Below are positions 12,401 to 36,393 of a DNA stretch of 64,000 bases, in pieces. The stretch comes from Fimbriosthenelais zetlandica (taxonomy: Eukaryota): contig OZ365117.1 of NCBI GenBank assembly GCA_977030845.1, positions 1,922,001 through 1,986,000 on the forward strand, written 5' to 3'. The notes below the pieces were generated by a model. The model was not told the DNA's origin. It saw nothing but the letters and a program-made list of their open reading frames with translations, and searched no databases. The position numbers and the translations under genes were made by a program. How positions within the stretch are numbered: the stretch's first letter is position 1; every line of letters begins with the position of its first letter.

Positions 12401-15400
12401 AATCATTGATATATCACTTAATACAAGCTTAATGCATCAACCAGCAATCATGAGACAAGGGATAACATTTAAGTTGAATTTCTCTGACATTGAATCATCA
12501 TAAAGCCTGGAGCACACTAATCCGATTCTCCAATCCATCGCCATCCAATACCCTATTTCTAATGGCATCTAAAGATTGAAATAGTGTCAGTGGTTAGCCT
12601 TACCTAGGTGTATAAAGGACTGTTCAAATTACGAGCATTTGGTGTGAATAAAAATAAAGTTTAGGAGAGCTATCGGATGGTGCCGGATAGAGAATGGGAT
12701 TAGTGTGTTTCAGGCTTAAGAGGTATAATAGATACTGACTGTTTGTCGTCCTCCTGGTTGTTCATGTGGTCCTCTGCTCGGTTGTCCTCCAGGTAGAACC
12801 AGTCTACTCGGGGGTAGTTGACGGCTTCCTTTGACCGCCCACGGTCTGAATAGTTAAACTGTAGCAGGTCTTCTCTCCCGCCCTTCTTGGCGAGCCGCAC
12901 GTATTTACTGTCCGTATCTTTAAAGACGAGCCTCTGTGGGGGCTCGTACGGTACGTCTGATTGGTCAGCTAACATGGGGATCTGACTGACCGGTGGTACA
13001 CCCACAGGCTCACTGCTCCTAGTCTTAGCCGGGGCATGGTAGAACCACCCTGAAATAACGAGAGTTAAATGACTAACAGATCAACTCAATCAACTCACAA
13101 GTAATCATTATATTAGTACCCAATAGATATCTAATTTTCTATCATAATAAATCACAGGAATTGTCGCAGTATATTAGAGAAAAGGGCTATGAAATTGTAT
13201 CAGAATTGAACCAGATTTTCTTTGATTAAAATCAGAAAATGACTAAAAATGTTCAGTAGGTAATAGATATAAGAAAATGTGACAAAAATATATACAAGAG
13301 CTGTGACATTCAAAAAATATCCCCAACCCCCATTTTTCCTAGTGGAATATAGATAGCATACACCTATAATAAAGTGTTTAGTTACTGCTATACCTTCATG
13401 TCTCTATTAATAATATTGAGACACGTCTGATCTGACCTACCTGTGTAGTTGCCATAGAAACATTAAATATATTAGAAGAACACACATTAATGTGAGCTTC
13501 TCAAGCTATGTGAGTCTCCATGTGAGGCCATAGAGGGGTGGATTTTGATCTAATCAGATTCTCACTACTTATTATTCATCAGTGAAAGTTGTGTGAGAAA
13601 ACATACCCAAGTCATCATCTTCAATGTGAAGAACCATGAGGAAAGTAATCACACATTGAATACATCACATTCATAGAAATGTCACAGCAATAAATTCACT
13701 GACAACATGCCATCATACACATGCTGCTAATGTTACATTCTGTACCCAGAAATCCATCATTATAGTCTATCATCTCTTACTGTAGATATTTTAATCATAT
13801 AATCTGGATTCTTCAAAACATGTCAGAAAGTCAATATAGCTGAGGGATGGAGAGTGGGAGAGAGCGAGGGAAAGGGATCCGGAGAGAGGGAGAGAGAGAG
13901 ATAGATATAGGGGGGAGGAATAGATGGAGAATGGGGGGGAGAGTGAGAAAGAAGAAGGGGAAGTGTGGGTGGGGGGGGGGGGGGGGGAGAGAAAGAATAA
14001 TTATAGGTAGGGGGATATGGCTATTGGGTTGATTTTAAGATAATATAAAACCTACAGTGAGTAGGGAGAACATGGAAGTGTTGGGTCAGCTAGATACAAC
14101 ATACCTGAGTGAGATTTACCTGCTTGTAATGAGGCAGGTAGAACTACAGGTGAGCAATGTACCTCTCCCACTAACACTTAACCCAGGCTAATGGCTACTA
14201 CTACATCTATTGGGGATAACATGTCATTGAACCATTAACAACAATTTCTAAAATTGAGAAGGCTACAATTACTCAAAGAGGTGACTATTATCTACTTTGT
14301 AAAATTAAATCAGGTAGGGGGCAGTGCACCTGTCACATGCATTGTTCATTAAACAATTGGTTATAATAATACATGTACAAAATGGTACATGTATGAGGGT
14401 AATGCTCAGTGGGTGGTGGGGATATTAGACCACTCTGTGTGGTAGAGCCCAGCCCTGTTATTACGGCAAGGAGGGCTATACATGTATATGGACATTATGG
14501 TAATTGGGTGTTCTAGTAACTATAGTGTTTGGATGAAGGTGTTAAGTTCAATGTGAGCCCCTGTATTTAGTTGGCCTATACCTTCATTGTTCTGTTCTTT
14601 CCTGCGACCATGCATCTTTAATATATGGCTGAAGTCAAAGTGTAATAAAAGAGAAAAAATACGTGAATTGAATACACTCACATTCATAGTAACCATGCCG
14701 AACCATTCGTGATATGAATACAAGACTCAATTCAATGAAATGGAAATGGATCCCCCCTCACACACAGGCCTAATTAGGCCGCCTATTATATTATAACAAT
14801 TTGTTTACACACCATGCACTAAGAAATATTTCAATGTGCTTCGATCATATAATTCATGACATGGTAGAATAGATATAGGCCTAACGTAGCATTCATAATT
14901 AGGCCTATTTCAATACAATAAATCATGCAACACTCCCATACTAGGCCATACCCATAACACTTGGGGTGAACTTGGTAGCATATATTTTAGGAATAATTGG
15001 GAATAATCCTACCTTGATCGTGTTCTCTCCTTACAGAGACATATTTGGGGACTGTTATTAAAATCAAAGTTATTAAATCAAGGCTGCTCAACCCTCCCTT
15101 CCCTTCACTGTCTCACTGCCCAACGCACCCCGCCCCCAAATAATCAATATTTCCGAGATAACATTTACACATGGCACACACAATATATCAAATCCCGCCA
15201 GGTAGACAGTGAGAGATCAATGCTGGTTAGATGTAAGATTAGAACAGGGACTGGACTCATGTTACGACATATTTCTACACCTGTCTTTTAACTGTCAACT
15301 CGGCGTACTCGCCTCTATGGGCTAGTATGGCTATGCCTGGCCTCGGTAGGCCTCATATTTTCAACCAGCCGGCGCTTAGACCGGGATTTAACCCAACACG

Positions 15401-15490
15401 TATAGCTGATAAAGTAATCTTTCACACACAATTCGCCGGCAATAGAAAGTCAATGAACTCACCTTGTTCCGCTGGCTTTTGGAAAGGCAT
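9477..15490 (-). CDS. C7orf57: C7orf57 homolog (uncharacterised, cilia-associated family), 330 aa
   Basis: Eight phase-consistent exons: 15463-15490, 12740-13049, 12143-12305, 11773-11900, 11418-11504, 10621-10755, 9668-9745, 9477-9540. Motifs WFYHAP, PPVSQIP, KDTDSKYVRLAKKGGREDLL, LPEYMVHDE and MGKILSYEY match my recollection of human C7orf57 ([42 protein letters not shown]). The exon 5 acceptor is AAG and less certain. Confidence 0.88.
12504..12716. mobile_element. MITE family 2 (Tourist/PIF-Harbinger-like), copy 1
   Basis: Terminal inverted repeats AGCCTGGA(A/G)(T/C)ACACTAATCCGAT with a TAA...TAA target duplication; related copies elsewhere in the window. Confidence 0.85.
13448..13461 (+). 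promoter_or_regulatory. RFX X-box (GTTGCCATAGAAAC) in intron 1 of the C7orf57 homolog
   Basis: A 14-bp near-palindrome matching the GTTnCCATrGnAAC consensus, inside a gene of a cilia-associated family. Confidence 0.6.
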
Positions 15491-15579
15491 TCCCCCGGTT
15501 AGAATCCTTGTTGTGGGAGATGGTGATGTTGATGTTGGAGTGGAGAGATTGTTTATGGAGGAACGTGACGTGTTGCTAT

Positions 15580-15700
15580 GTGGGATCACGTGATCACGCG
15601 CTAGTTGCCGTCTTGTCCTGAAGGTGGCGTCATGGTGACAGGTGAAAAACAAGATGGCCGACAAAAAGACGTCTGCTCGCGGGTCAGTCCAAACCGAGGG
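15580..15700. promoter_or_regulatory. CpG-rich promoter region upstream of the C7orf57 homolog, possibly bidirectional
   Basis: TCACGTGATCACGCG E-box pair, a YY1-like CAAGATGGCCG and local CpG enrichment about 100-200 nt upstream of the ATG. Confidence 0.5.
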
Positions 15701-17372
15701 GACAAATCGCGTTTAAATGGATGTTGTACCGCTATTTACATGGGTGTCAGCCCTATCACTATGGCAGTATTTACTCTCCTGTCGTTTTTGTACACATACC
15801 GAGTCCCAGACATGTTTTAACGTGGAGAAATGTGGGAATACTTAGACAGAGCATCCGTCCCTTCTGACTTCCCTAAAGTCCGCTAGGGGGCTTGATGACA
15901 GGCTAACCTCGGGCTAAGGCTAAACCTAGGGTAAAGGCTAACACTAGGGCTAAGGCTAAACATAGGGTACAGGGTAAACATGGGGTTAAGGCTAACTCTA
16001 GGGCTAACTCTAGATTGGAATTTTTCATTTTTAGGGGTAGGCAAAGGGGGCCCTAAACTTCTCCCACTTTTTGGTTGTAACTCCAAGGCCTGCATGTTTT
16101 TTTTTCACTTTCAGTGGAGCAACGACCATTGTGTCAAAAGTCACCTCGTAGCCTACTGGTTATATAGGCAACAGGGCTTCGGATAACACCATAGAACTGT
16201 AGGAGTTGAAGTCAGTTCTATGGTAACACCTACCACAGGTCTGGAGGTAGGCCTACAGTGATCTATATATCAGGGAACCTCTGGCATGGACACAACAGTC
16301 AACAGACCAAAACCACCGCATAAACACTTATGTGATGGTTACGCCTAATGCATTCAAAAACATCTGGAAAATATAACCACCTTTATCAGAGAGAAGAGTT
16401 TTTAGGTGGTTGGTTGGTGGTAGGCTTATTTTCAAACCATGGGAGAAGGTGAGTTAAAATTCATATCTTAATAATTAATGGGTATTGATCTAGAGATGGG
16501 CTCACCCTCCTGACTACCAACACTATAAACTCACGTTATTTTAGGCTAAATTTTCAATGAACCGTTCAGGATGAATGTTGCATTGATGTTCTATTGTCTC
16601 AGAATGTTAGAAGCATATCCAAAGGTGCACGGAGGTCGGGACACTGGATCGGACTCTGCCATTTGGGAATTGGAAATACATTTACCCATCAGTATAATCG
16701 ATCTGTAACATTGACTCAGCATTGATCAGGGAACTGTACAACAGAACTGTATTTGATGCTAATCTCATACTTCATCCCAACTGGCCAAGCTAGTCAATGT
16801 CCATATAGGCCTACCCATACGTCTCATTTCATCTCATATCTATCATTTTTATAGCCAATATGTACAATATTTTATTGTTTATTTTGTAGTATTCCTAAGA
16901 AATATCGAACCCAACAAAGAACTGGGCCTATATTCACTTGTAGCCTACATGCGGGCTAGTGGAATTAATATTTCACTGATGGATAGAGAACTAGAGGCAT
17001 TCAGAGACCCACCCGGTATAAAAACCTATATATTAGCCTATATGCCATTGCATTGAGTAATAGAACCACAGTACCAAGGTACAGTGTTCTATTACTCAAT
17101 GCAATATATATATAGGCACACTGAGTTTGGACAAATTGTAAAAGAGGTATAGTTAGACTTTCCCAAGTCTTCGCCTATATTAGAGTAGGCCTACTAATTT
17201 GACTTTAAGTCTTATTTGGTAGAGATTTATCTAGTATTACCATTGCTGTGAGGAGTTGTGTATAGCGTCAGTGCACGCATCACTTTAAACCTTGTGCCTC
17301 ATTTTATTTTTTCACCAGATTTCTCATCAAATGTAGGTCATTGTTTCTGTCTTGTCCAGGTATATAGTGAGA

Positions 17373-17423
<51 letters not shown>

Positions 17424-17769
17424 GAAAATAGAGAGGTTCTGTGACTAATGTTTACCTTAAAGCTCTATGTCATCTTTTTCAGTGGATGGCCAGGCCCTGC
17501 TTAGACTTGCCGCAGTCTTCATCCTCATTCTACTTTTCTTCTTCCTTCAAGTTCTCATGAGTCCTGAAATTACAGAGAGAAGAGAAATTCTTCAATCACA
17601 GCGGGAATGGAGCAACTCTACACTGATCAGACTGATGAACAGACTGTATATTAATACAGACAAAAGACATGCTTTCTACACATTCACAGAATCGGTGAAA
17701 ATTAGTGTGAATAAAAAATGGCGTTCAGGAAACACATCACGTCTATTAGAGACAGTGTATGTACCTTAG
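15654..17769 (+). CDS. Possible small single-pass membrane protein divergent from the C7orf57 homolog, 118 aa
   Basis: Exons 15654-15682, 17319-17359 and 17483-17769 are phase-consistent: MADKKTSARG/FLIKCRSLFLSCP/VDGQALLRLAAVFILILLFFFLQVLM... No family recognised; this could be chance. Confidence 0.3.
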
Positions 17770-18308
17770 CCACTAGACGACCCTGCTACATGTAAATAAT
17801 CATGGTAACTTATACAGAGAACTGACACAGACATGTTAATTGTACCTCCAAACTTCTTGTAAGGTATATAGGCCCTGTTATTTTTTATTAGTAAAGTTAA
17901 TGGATGGTTATGATTTGAATTGTTTAAAGGTTAACATGCAATAAAATCAAATGAAAGAAATCCCACTTGATAGTAAAACTATATATAAAAACAATTGTTA
18001 AAGACGCGCCTCAGAGGAGCATGAACGCAGGGTCATACGTGCTGATCTGCTCTAGTGAAGCAGTCCCACGCTAGGGGCGTGTGCTACTCGGGCACCAGGG
18101 GCATGTTACAGAACCATAGGCTAAAGTATTGTTATGAAACAAGCCCTACTGGCCGTGGCACAGACATGTATAGTATTTATAAATGACAAGTCGTGGATGG
18201 GATGCTAGGAGTAATTTATTATATGAATATGTCTTAAAGCATAAAATATTCATCGTGATTCTTGTCTCCAAATCGCCAAATAGAGCCATCAATTCATCCT
18301 CATTTATT

Positions 18309-20155
18309 CTACCACTTTCCATGTCCATGTCCATGGTGACCGTGATGTCCATGTCCATGGTGACCGTGTCCATGGTGACCGTGATGACCGTGTCCATGGT
18401 GGCCGTATTTCTTGCCGTGATGTCCGCCATGATGACCGTGATGATGGTGTCCACCATGTTTATGACCGTAACCGTGACCACCGTACTTTTTGTGACCGTA
18501 ATCATGATGATGAGAACCATAGCCCTTCTTGTGACTGCCTTTCTTGTACCCATGGTGACCGTGATGACCTGACTTGTGACCGTAGTGATCGTGACTGGCC
18601 TTGTGACTGTGGTGGGAGTCTCCGTGATGTGAGTATTTTTTATGTCCATGTTTACCGTAATGGCCGTGTTTAGCGTGTCCACCTTTGTGTCCGCCATGTT
18701 TTGAGCCGTGCATGTGATGTGAGCCGCCTTTATAGTACTTATCATCGTAGCCGTACTCCTTCACGTAAGACGAGCCGTATTTCTTGCCGGCCTCGTAGCC
18801 GTAACCTTTCTTGTGGCCGCCGGAGTACTTCTTACCGTGGTCGTCGTACTTCTTACCGTGGTGCCCGTGGTGGTATTTTTTAGCAGAGTGTGAGCCATGT
18901 TTGCCGTGATCATAATGACCTTTAGAGCCGTGATGTTTAGAGCCGTAGTGTTTTTTCTTGCCGTAGTGGCCGTGAGAATGTTTGTGACCGCCATGCTCCC
19001 CGCCCCCGTAACCATGAGTGTGTTTCTTGTAGCCGTGTTTTGACATTTTGTGACCGTAATCTTTGTGACCGTGGTGTTTGTGACCGTAGTGTTTTTTGTG
19101 GTGATGACCTTCGTGATGGCCACCATGATGATGCCCGTATTTCTTACCATGATGTCCTAAAATATACAAATATAGGAATTAGGATTTTTGAAGGGAAAAC
19201 TAAGGGAATCCTTCCAAATTTGAAGTGAATGAGATGCTAGCTTAAAGTGGAAGTAAAAAGTTCCATCCCTCACTTTACATACCGCCACCATGATGTCCGT
19301 GGTGACCGTGATGTCCGTGGTGCCCTCCATGGTGACCGCCATGGTGACCATGATGACCTCCATGGTGACCTCCATGGTGACCATGGTGTCCATGATGTCC
19401 TGAATATAGACATCAGATTAATGAACATTTGTTAATAAAGATACCTCCTACACAAAACACACAACTCCTCTAAAGCAATAGAATGTGTATAAATCTTACC
19501 ACCCATGTGACCATGGTGTCCGTGGTGTTTGTGGTGTCCATGGTGACCATGATGGCCATGGTGTCCATGGTGACCGTGATGACCATGATGACCTTTGTGG
19601 TGTCCATGATGTCCGTGATGGTGTCCATGGTGACCTTTGTGGTGTCCATGGTGACCATGATGTCCATGGTGACCATGATGACCGTGATGACCATGGTGAC
19701 CATGATGGCCATGGTGACCTATAATACAAGTGATTAATTGGTCAACCAACATGTCACAATATTAACAGTTAGAGAAATGATACAATCTCAGTGAGCACAC
19801 TACTTACCTCCCATATGGTGGCCGCCATGATGGCCGCCATGATGGCCGTGGTGACCTTTGTGGTGTCCATGGTGACCGTGATGTCCATGGTGACCATGAT
19901 GGCCGCCATGATGGCCGCCATGATGTCCCCCATGGTGACCATGATGTCCCCAACCATCAAGTTTCTTAATGTTCATAGCCTCCAGAGCCTCCACGGCTTT
20001 CATCACTTCAGATTGAGAAAGCGCTGAAAGAAGCAGACAGAGATTGAAGACAATGTGTTAATAATTAAAATATTTACAATAAAATAGAATAAAAATGGCA
20101 GCAAATACTTACCAACAAAGGCGGAGAGGAGGAGGAAGGCCACGGCTATCTTCAT
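18309..20155 (-). CDS. Secreted His/Gly/Lys/Tyr-rich structural-type protein, paralog A, 480 aa
   Basis: Five exons (20113-20155, 19808-20023, 19500-19718, 19283-19399, 18309-19156), all introns phase 1. Signal peptide MKIAVAFLLLSAFVGA, pro-like segment ending KKLDGWGH, (GHH)n blocks, a K/Y-rich core and the C-terminus HGHGKW. Synonymous codons vary across the repeats. Confidence 0.9.
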
Positions 20156-20320
20156 CTTGTCTCTGATAAATCCACAGCCCGAAAAATGAAATAAGGCTGG
20201 ATGGAGCCGGAGAGACGCTGGAGACGTGCTCCAGGAAGTGACGTAGACGTGACGTTTAGTGGAGAAAGTGAGGAGTGAGCGGACACAGAAATAAATGTTC
20301 ACATGATGCCAGCCTTACTG

Positions 20321-20328
20321 CTTATATA
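20321..20328 (-). promoter_or_regulatory. TATA box of His-rich paralog A
   Basis: TATATAAG about 165 nt upstream of the ATG; paralog B has the same motif in a similar position. Confidence 0.6.
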
Positions 20329-21814
20329 CTGACACAAGTCACACAACCTGACACATTCCATCATAACATCACACATGTTGACACAACCAAATTTACATGA
20401 CCACTAAAATAATGTCAAATTCATTTAATAATTATCAAAATTGATAATATTAAGGATCAAATAATCCATGAAAAATGTTTGATATAGGAGAACTAATTGT
20501 ATGATATACGAGGACTTCTTTTATCTTATGCGATAAAAAGATGATTTCAAGATTTTCTGGATATTTTGGAGAAATTTTAAATTTAATAAGATAATTAGTA
20601 TGAGGAGTTTATGGTGAGTGGACGGAGGGCAGTGAGCCGGGAAGGTAAGTATCTTACACGTCACGGGTCAGTGAATTTATAAAATCCACAATCAACAAGT
20701 TCTTTACATTCACAGACATTTTTTTTTATCCCAGAAAAGTATTAATCAAATAAAGGATTAATTATAAATCACAGTCGTGATGAAGGACTTTCTGATATTT
20801 TTGTTCAGATTTGGTATAGAAATAAGATATTATGACGCCTTTATTTTTTGGGGGAGCATTCCTTTGGGGGGAGAAGATAGAGAGCAAGATATTGGACGGT
20901 ACTACAAATGTGCGATGACCGATTCGTAGCAATGTGCGCCCCCCCCCCCCCCCACCCCCCCCCCCCCCCCCCCCCAACCGCTCATCATTTGCAGGCACCC
21001 ATTTCTTAGTTAACTAGCGAGATGTAACCAAAGCTTTTTGAACGAGTTTTGTATTAAAATTGATGAGGAAAACGAACTTAATGAAGACAAAACTAACCTA
21101 GGCTAAACAGGAATAATTAACGAATTCGAATTGGTTCTAACATAGAGATTTTAGCGCACTCCTCACTGAATGTGCTCCAATAATACTCAATGAATTCAGT
21201 CACCTAGTGACATGGATATCAACCTCTCATCACTGGCGCCCTCTGGTGTGACGAGGTGTCATCACACTCAGACAGTCGGTCCAAACTAATTTAATGTCTG
21301 TGGTTTCGGTCCAACTTAGTTTGAACAGACTGTACTAAATATGGGGCTTTTACTGCATTTTGTCAGAGGCAAAATACAGACCCAATTATTATTTGTCACA
21401 AGTAATTATATTAAATTTTAAAAGCTATTCATCTCTTTTAGTAGTTCTTTATTGAAAGCTTGTCACTGCAATGTTAAAGACTTATTGTATGTATATAATG
21501 TATACATATTCTTTATTTTATATCAATAATATGAATCTGCCAGATATGGATAAGGAAATACTTGGAACAACAGTTGAATTGCCATGCTAGTAATGTTTTA
21601 TTTCTCATGTTGATGTAGTCAGACAGGAAGGGTAGAGCCATCAGTTTCATTATTAAATCATTTGTACAAATCATTCAAATCAGTATAGGGACTGGAGAGA
21701 TTAAATATATAAAGAGAAAATGCTCAGACCAGACAATTTATTAGTGTCTGTATCAGGACTGAATCTGTTCACAGAGTTGAAGCTACCTTATTAAACTTTA
21801 TATCTACTACTGTA

Positions 21815-23237
21815 CTACCATTTACCATGACCCCCGTGACCATGGCCTCCGTGACCATGGTGGCCATGGTGACCTCCATGACCGTGGTGTCCATGGTGAC
21901 CATGGTGTCCATGGTGACCGTGATGTCCATGATGTCCACCATGATGACCTCCGTGATGATGACCGTGATGACCTTTGTGATGGTGACCATGATGATGGTG
22001 TCCATGGTGATGGCCGTGACCATGGTCACCGTATTTTTTGTGACCGTAACCATGTTTGTGACTGCCGTAACCCTTCTTGTGACTGCCCTTCTTGTAACCG
22101 TGGTGACCATGGTAACCCTTCTTGTGACCGTACTTATCGTGCTCGTATTTGTGACCATGTTTGTAATGACCATGTTTAGAGTATTTCTTGTGACCATGTT
22201 TACCATGGTGACCGTGGTCATGGTAACCATGTCCATGGTCACCATACTTCTTGCCGTGCATGCCATGTTTAGAACCCTTGTACCACTTCTTCTTGTGCCC
22301 CCACTTCTTGACGTATGATGAGCCGTATTTCTTGCCGGCCTTGTAGCCCCAGTGCTTGCTGTGACCGCCCTTGTAATGCTTGCCGTGCTTCCCGTACTTC
22401 TTGCCGTGATGATCGTGATGATATTTCTTGGCTTTGTGACCGCCATATTTCTTGTGACCGGAGTGACCGTGAGCATGATGACCTTTGTGACCGTAACCTT
22501 TCTTGCCGGCCCAGTGACCGTGACCGTGCTTGTGACCATGGTGTTCACCTGCCCCGTAACCATGGCTAGCCTTCTTGTAACCATGGTGACCCATATGGTG
22601 ACCGTAACCTTTCTTACCATGATGGTCGTGACCGTAATGCTTCTTATGATGATGACCGTCATGATGACCATCGTGATGGTCACCATGGTGATGACCATGA
22701 TGTCCTCCATGGTGACCGTGGTGTCCATGGTGACCGTGATGACCATGATGTCCACCATGATGACCGTGACCATGCCCGTGACCATGGCCGTGACCGCCCC
22801 ACCCGTCATCATGCCCCCATCCATCCAGCTTCATCAAGCTGAGAGCCTCCAGTGTTTTAACCTCCATAGCTTCACTCTCAGCTGTAGCTGCAAGATTAAA
22901 AAAACCCACGTTAAATAATGATTAAAAACATGCTGGTTAAATAATAACACACAAGATATTAAAGCTGAATCCATACTAAATCTGAATACTTATGCCCTAT
23001 CAAATAATTTGCAAGGTATATAATCTGAACATGGTTAAATAATGACAGGACACACAAGATAATAAAGCTGAATCCATACTAAATCTGAATATATAGAATC
23101 ATTTCAAGGTTAACATCTGAATGCAGATCATTAGATTTATACTGAAGTTTTCTACTGAAAGTTTTTTTTCAATAAAAATGTTTGAACTCACCTATGAAAG
23201 CTGAGAGGAAGAGGAGGATGAGGAAGGCCAGCCTCAT
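21815..23237 (-). CDS. Secreted His/Gly/Lys/Tyr-rich structural-type protein, paralog B, 372 aa
   Basis: Two exons (23192-23237, 21815-22887). Signal peptide MRLAFLILLFLSAFIGA, then ...MKLDGWGH, His/Gly blocks, a core containing AGKKYGSSYVK and the C-terminus HGKW, all shared with paralog A. Confidence 0.92.
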
Positions 23238-23358
23238 TGTGGCTGGAGGACGCTGGAGCTACACCAGGGCTAGATGAGACGCGGAGTATGACGTGGATGT
23301 GACGGTGAACAGTAGAGCGGAGTCCCCGCCTTCTCTCCTCCCACCACCCTACACCACT

Positions 23359-23366
23359 CTTATATA
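23359..23366 (-). promoter_or_regulatory. TATA box of His-rich paralog B
   Basis: TATATAAG about 120 nt upstream of the ATG. Confidence 0.6.
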
Positions 23367-23852
23367 TCACACACTACACTCTTATTTTCATTCACCTTTA
23401 TTTCCGTCTTTAGTTAATTCTGTTATTTTATATTTTAATGAGGCTGGGGCATGGCGATGTTTGTCTGGCAATCAACTGTGACCCTCAGCATACAGACTGA
23501 CCATGGGAAAAAATGACCATCTTTTAGAGAATTAGAAAAAAATGTAATCCTTGATTTTGATTCGTGTGTTAGCTTTATTACTTGGCGACTGTTTGTCAAT
23601 GAGATGAAGCTTACTGCATTCTTAACAGGCGAAGCTGCAAGTCGTGCATGTTAAACAAATTAAACCTCGAACAAATACAAAATTGTAACTGTAGACAATT
23701 CATCAGAATGGGAGGAGAGAGGACCATGGTGTAAGGCCTTCCGTGGAATATATGGTAATGTTTTCTGTACTTTTTAACCAATTTATTGTCATTGTTCACT
23801 TTAGTTTCACTATGTGTAGCAGGATAGTTTTATTTTTTATTATTTGTGGGCA

Positions 23853-35380
<11,528 letters not shown>

Positions 35381-36393
35381 GATTGGGCACACCACTCAGA
35401 AGCTGAAAAAAGAAAATATCCATAAATTATCGCTCAAAATCTCATTAATCTAAAACCTTCTTACATTTTTATATCATTTGGAAATGTTTATCAAAGTTCA
35501 TTCTGGATATTTGGAATATTATGATCACAATTAAAGTAAAAATGGGTAACTTACCTATAAAACACTGACTTTCAGAGAAGCAGTGTGTGAATTATAGAAC
35601 TATAACTCAGTGTTTCCTGGTAGTATAAGGTGTGAAGAGAGGTCCAGGAGGCGAGCACTCTTCACATTACATCATTAGCTCACAATTAACACCTACACTC
35701 CTCACACCTGTACCCCCCCCCCCCCCCCCACCCCTCACTGGTTCCTATCAAGGTCATTAGTAGAGCTAATTCATGTTTACGTCTGTTTATCTGTGACCCT
35801 GACAACCGCGTCATATATATGTCCTTGTTGATGGAGACGCCAAAAACAGGAGGAAGTGACGTCACGTAAAGTGTTAAAGGTTATTCTTAATGGATAAACA
35901 AATCTTGCTATTGTTATGCTGACAGATATTCCTAACTTTATTAAGGGAGTGAACAAGACAACATTGAATCAACCAGGGACAAGGGAGGACCCATGATGGT
36001 GCCCTGGGGTACACCAGCCTTATTTCACCCTTTTATCATCATACAAATTGAGATTCACATAGGTAGATACTATATCCTAAATAGTAAAAGAAAAAAACCT
36101 TCATAACTAGCCACATGAGTGGTGGAAAAAGGAAATATAGATGAACTTAACACACATAAAACAATACTTCAGTAAATGTTAGTACATTAGTTTACCACTA
36201 AATTAGTAATGAAGAGATTGAGTAAAGTATTCACTGTCTGGACTGCATGATTTGTGATTGAATACCAGCTACTACTACTATATCCATGGCTATGTTGCTA
36301 TGATATTATATGTTTATTTACTAGAGTCATGACAACCATTATTAGACAAGTCTTTAAGAACACAGGAGTGGTTAGAGATGAGGGTGTGTTGTT

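Noticed and set aside
15900-16010. Telomere-like ggctaa/tagggt tract as an interstitial telomere
   Set aside because: Too degenerate and short; more likely part of a common dispersed repeat.
20938-20975. Poly-C tract between the His-rich genes as a specific G-quadruplex switch
   Set aside because: Similar G/C runs occur at about 13970, 35715, 52915 and 55322, so it is a general genome feature.
18146-22918. Met/Val/Thr-rich ORFs on both strands overlapping the His-rich genes
   Set aside because: Shadow frames of the CAT/CAC/GGN repeats; only the His frame has a signal peptide, splice sites and paralog conservation.
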